Source: an uncultured Acidobacteriota bacterium
GTDB lineage: Bacteria; Acidobacteriota; Terriglobia; UBA7540
Assembly (NCBI GenBank): GCA_963804995.1
Contig: CAWDSK010000003.1
Coordinates: forward strand, 1,024,001-1,088,000
DNA: 64,000 nt
Direction of reading: 5' to 3'
Of this stretch, positions 61,166 to 64,000 are shown one piece after another; positions within the stretch are counted from its first letter, which is position 1; every line of letters starts with the position of its first letter. The translations under genes and the position numbers were made by a program. Below the pieces are notes generated by a model. That model worked only from the letters and a program-made list of their open reading frames with translations. It did no database searches and was not told the DNA's origin.

Positions 61166-63430
61166 ATGACAGCATCTTCGAGGATTGCCAGGCGCATCGC
61201 AGGGATCTTGGCAGCGTGCGCTCTCGCCCTGACCATCTTCTTTAACCCCCAAGCGCATGCCAAGGACAAGGCCCCAAAGGGCGAACTCGAGCATGCGCTC
61301 GTCGGCCAACTCGTCACCTCGAAGATTCTGCTCGGCGCCAAGGCCAGACCCAAGGGGGTACCCTATGATGTAACCGTCCACACGCTCGTGAACGCGGAAA
61401 CCGGCGAAATTGCATACCGAGCCGAAGACCTGCTGGTGTCAGCCGAAGTGCGGCAGGGCGAAATGCAGCATTACTTTGCCAACGGCACGACCTTTCGCAT
61501 AACCGGCATCCACATCAAGGGCAACAGAATAGAAATCAAGTTGGAGGAACTAAGAGGCGGGCCTACAGAAGTGAAGCTCCTGATGGGAAAGGGCTGGCAA
61601 CCCCAATATGATGTCGCCTCCGTTCAATCACAGCTCGCCCGAGTCTTCAACTTTGAGCCATCAGGACAGCAACCGATGGAGGCCGGGCAAGTCCCACGGC
61701 CATCAGAGCCGGCGGAGACCACGACGCAGGCCATCACGCCAGCCACGCCCGCCGCTACTGTGGAAACTCCTGCTCATCAGGTTTCCCTGGCGGCGAATCC
61801 GGCAATCCCTCCAGTGCAGTCAGAACCAGCAAGCCAGGTGTCCATGCGGGTAGCTTTCGTAGATTGCGATACGCCTCAACAGGTGGACCTGTACTCGTCT
61901 CCCACTTTGTCATCCCCATTGGAATCATTGCAATGTGGGGAGAGGGTTACGCTCCTTGACGAGGGGCCTGTGTGGGTCAAAGTGCGGACACAGAGGAATG
62001 TGGAAGGCTACCTATCAAAATACTTCCTGAGATATGGCGAGTCTCTCCCTATCGGACGATCACCGGCAGAACCGCCTGCCGGTCCTGGGGCTCAGCCCGA
62101 TTCGGAGCAACCGGAACCCGCCAGCAACCTTTCAACACGCCCGGCTCACATTGATTGCAAGTCAAGCGACCAGTTGTACCTGTACTCGACTCCCGATTTG
62201 TCATTCGTGGTCAAGTCATTGCAGTGCGACGAAAAGGTTACGGCCCTTGACGAGCAAAACGGGTGGGTCAAAGTCCGGACAGAGCAGAATGTGGAGGGGT
62301 ATCTGTCGAAAGACTCTCTGGCCTATGACGAATCTCCCTCTCTGCCCCAATCATCGCCGCAACCCCCCGCCACCTACACTTCTATCGCTAGACAGGCAAG
62401 CAGGGCGGATGAGGCATGGAGTTGGTACACATACCTGCTTGCCTGCCTTTTGCCGCTGGCTGGTGTTGTACTGTTAATTGGCTTGGCGAGGGCTTCGAAA
62501 AAAAGGCAGCAGGCAGAAGAGGTGAGACGCAGGCAGGAGAAGTTTCGAGTGGAGGCGAAGAACCGGGAAAGGGCGGAAAAACGCGAGAAGGAAGAGCGAC
62601 GCCGCAGAAACCAGGAGGACCATGAACGGGCAGCGGACAAGCGTAAATATGGTGAACTGGTAGCACGGTTTACCGACTTAGTGGCGACTGCGGGGCCTCA
62701 AGCTGAGGAGATATGGCGTGCGGGCCTCGTGCTCGTTGGAAAGAATTACGAGAAGAAATCCGCGTCCGACTTTGTCTTTGCAGATGTCGTGCAAATCCTC
62801 ACCATCGTCTCAAAGCTGAGGGAAAACGTTCCGTTTGAGTTGGGAAGGTTGTGCTCGGCGATATACGGCGGCCTGGAGCCTGAAGCGTCCACCTCAGCGG
62901 AGCAGTGCAACACTTTGATTGACGGCATGCGCGGGGCATCCTATGCACCCGATGTGCCTCACTTGGTGAAAATGCTAAACACCTATGACCAGCAGCAGGG
63001 TACTCGGCTGGCTGCAAAAGCTGCGGAAGCCTATTGGGCGCTCGTTCGTGCCGCGTGCGAAGCCGTGGACAGCAAGCTGGGAGTGGCGACAAAACTTGTG
63101 CAAGACAAGTACCTTTACTTCCTGAGCCCATACTTTTCCGGCACCGACGGCGATGGGGATGGTGAGCAGAAATCCCGGTCGAATGGCGGCGCGGACGATA
63201 GCCAGAGCCGCTTCGGACTGTGCCCCGAGTGTCCGGAAAGCTATGAAGTGCTGGGGGTTGGCCCCAGTGCCACCAGGGAGGAGATTAAGACCGCATACCG
63301 GGACCTTGCCAAGATTTTTCACAGCGACCGCCTCCAAGACTCTGAAGACCGGGTACGGCGGAAGGCTGAGGACAAACTCAAAGACATCAATCAAGCGTAT
63401 AGCCACCTCTCGTCGCACTGGAAATCGTAG
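61166..63430 (+). CDS. Membrane protein: signal peptide, two SH3b-like repeats, TM helix, coiled coil, C-terminal J-domain (HSD variant)
   Basis: Repeats LYSSP...GERVTLLDEGPVWVKVRT...EGYLSK and LYSTP...DEKVTALDEQNGWVKVRT...EGYLSK; YEVLGV...EIKTAYRDLAKIFHSDR...INQAYSHL. Confidence 0.82.
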   Translation: MTASSRIARRIAGILAACALALTIFFNPQAHAKDKAPKGELEHALVGQLVTSKILLGAKARPKGVPYDVTVHTLVNAETGEIAYRAEDLLVSAEVRQGEMQHYFANGTTFRITGIHIKGNRIEIKLEELRGGPTEVKLLMGKGWQPQYDVASVQSQLARVFNFEPSGQQPMEAGQVPRPSEPAETTTQAITPATPAATVETPAHQVSLAANPAIPPVQSEPASQVSMRVAFVDCDTPQQVDLYSSPTLSSPLESLQCGERVTLLDEGPVWVKVRTQRNVEGYLSKYFLRYGESLPIGRSPAEPPAGPGAQPDSEQPEPASNLSTRPAHIDCKSSDQLYLYSTPDLSFVVKSLQCDEKVTALDEQNGWVKVRTEQNVEGYLSKDSLAYDESPSLPQSSPQPPATYTSIARQASRADEAWSWYTYLLACLLPLAGVVLLIGLARASKKRQQAEEVRRRQEKFRVEAKNRERAEKREKEERRRRNQEDHERAADKRKYGELVARFTDLVATAGPQAEEIWRAGLVLVGKNYEKKSASDFVFADVVQILTIVSKLRENVPFELGRLCSAIYGGLEPEASTSAEQCNTLIDGMRGASYAPDVPHLVKMLNTYDQQQGTRLAAKAAEAYWALVRAACEAVDSKLGVATKLVQDKYLYFLSPYFSGTDGDGDGEQKSRSNGGADDSQSRFGLCPECPESYEVLGVGPSATREEIKTAYRDLAKIFHSDRLQDSEDRVRRKAEDKLKDINQAYSHLSSHWKS

Positions 63431-63566
63431 CAAGGACCGCAGGTTTGTGGAGAGAGTGCATGCTCGGCGCGACTGAACAGAAGAGGTAGTAAGAACGGTA
63501 ATTCCATGTGCGCGGGCTCCCGGATCTTCTCACCAAGCTGCCCCGCTACGTCCGAAGGGAACGAAA

Positions 63567-64000
63567 ATGCCCGACGAACAAGATGATTCATTGAAAAAAG
63601 AAATGAAAGCGGTTATCAAACAGTGCAATGAAACAGTTGACTCTTTTGATCAACATTACCAGCTCGGCGGGGAGCTGTATGACAAGGGCGACTGGAACGG
63701 AGCGGAATCGGAGTATCGCAGGGCACTTCGCTTGGACCCTACCAGTGAGGATGCGCATATCAGTCTTGGCAATGCACTCCGGGAGAAAGGTGACCGGGAC
63801 GGCGCGGTCGCGGAGTACCGCGAGGCGCTTCGCCTGAACCCCGAAAACTACCTGGCGAGCATCAATCTCAATATGGTAAGCATCCTCGAAAAATGCAAAA
63901 AACTAGATGAAATTGCGGAAAAATGCAATGAGCAAGTGGCAGAATTCGGGCGCCGATACACCGAATGGGCCAGGGCCACCGGGGCGACCCAGTCCCCCGG
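63567..64000 (+). CDS. TPR-repeat protein, partial at window edge
   Basis: Manual translation MPDEQDDSLKK...HYQLGGELYDKGDWNGAESEYRRALRLDPTSEDAHISLGNALREKGDRDGAVAEYREALRLNP. Confidence 0.85.
   Translation, partial: MPDEQDDSLKKEMKAVIKQCNETVDSFDQHYQLGGELYDKGDWNGAESEYRRALRLDPTSEDAHISLGNALREKGDRDGAVAEYREALRLNPENYLASINLNMVSILEKCKKLDEIAEKCNEQVAEFGRRYTEWARATGATQSP

Overview
A GC-rich bacterial chromosomal segment whose gene content (Tat-exported hydrolases, TonB receptor, bshA, ECF sigma/Ser-Thr kinase pair, DUF6677) suggests an Acidobacteriota genome; the taxonomy is inference. About ten genes carry single-base frameshifts, consistent with long-read assembly error. Housekeeping genes include holB, yggS/yggU, pncA/pncB, an Hfq-like gene, a LemA/TPM operon, NfeD/flotillin and an ABC exporter. 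Mobile DNA: one complete IS630 element and two near-identical 1913-bp group II introns, plus many GTAG-type REP hairpins and heptamer arrays. Two highlights. (1) At the tmk-holB locus the native tmk survives only as a 5' stub. It is followed by a lower-GC, tightly coupled three-gene cassette: a divergent dTMP kinase, a catalytically altered dCTP-deaminase/dUTPase-fold protein with two C-terminal TM helices, and a degenerate Mrr-like protein. This is a candidate undescribed nucleotide-centred defence system that has displaced an essential gene in situ. (2) Both group II introns sit at the identical base (TCTG|CG) of REP hairpins, and their EBS1 loop is complementary to the REP arm, i.e. a REP-homing intron.
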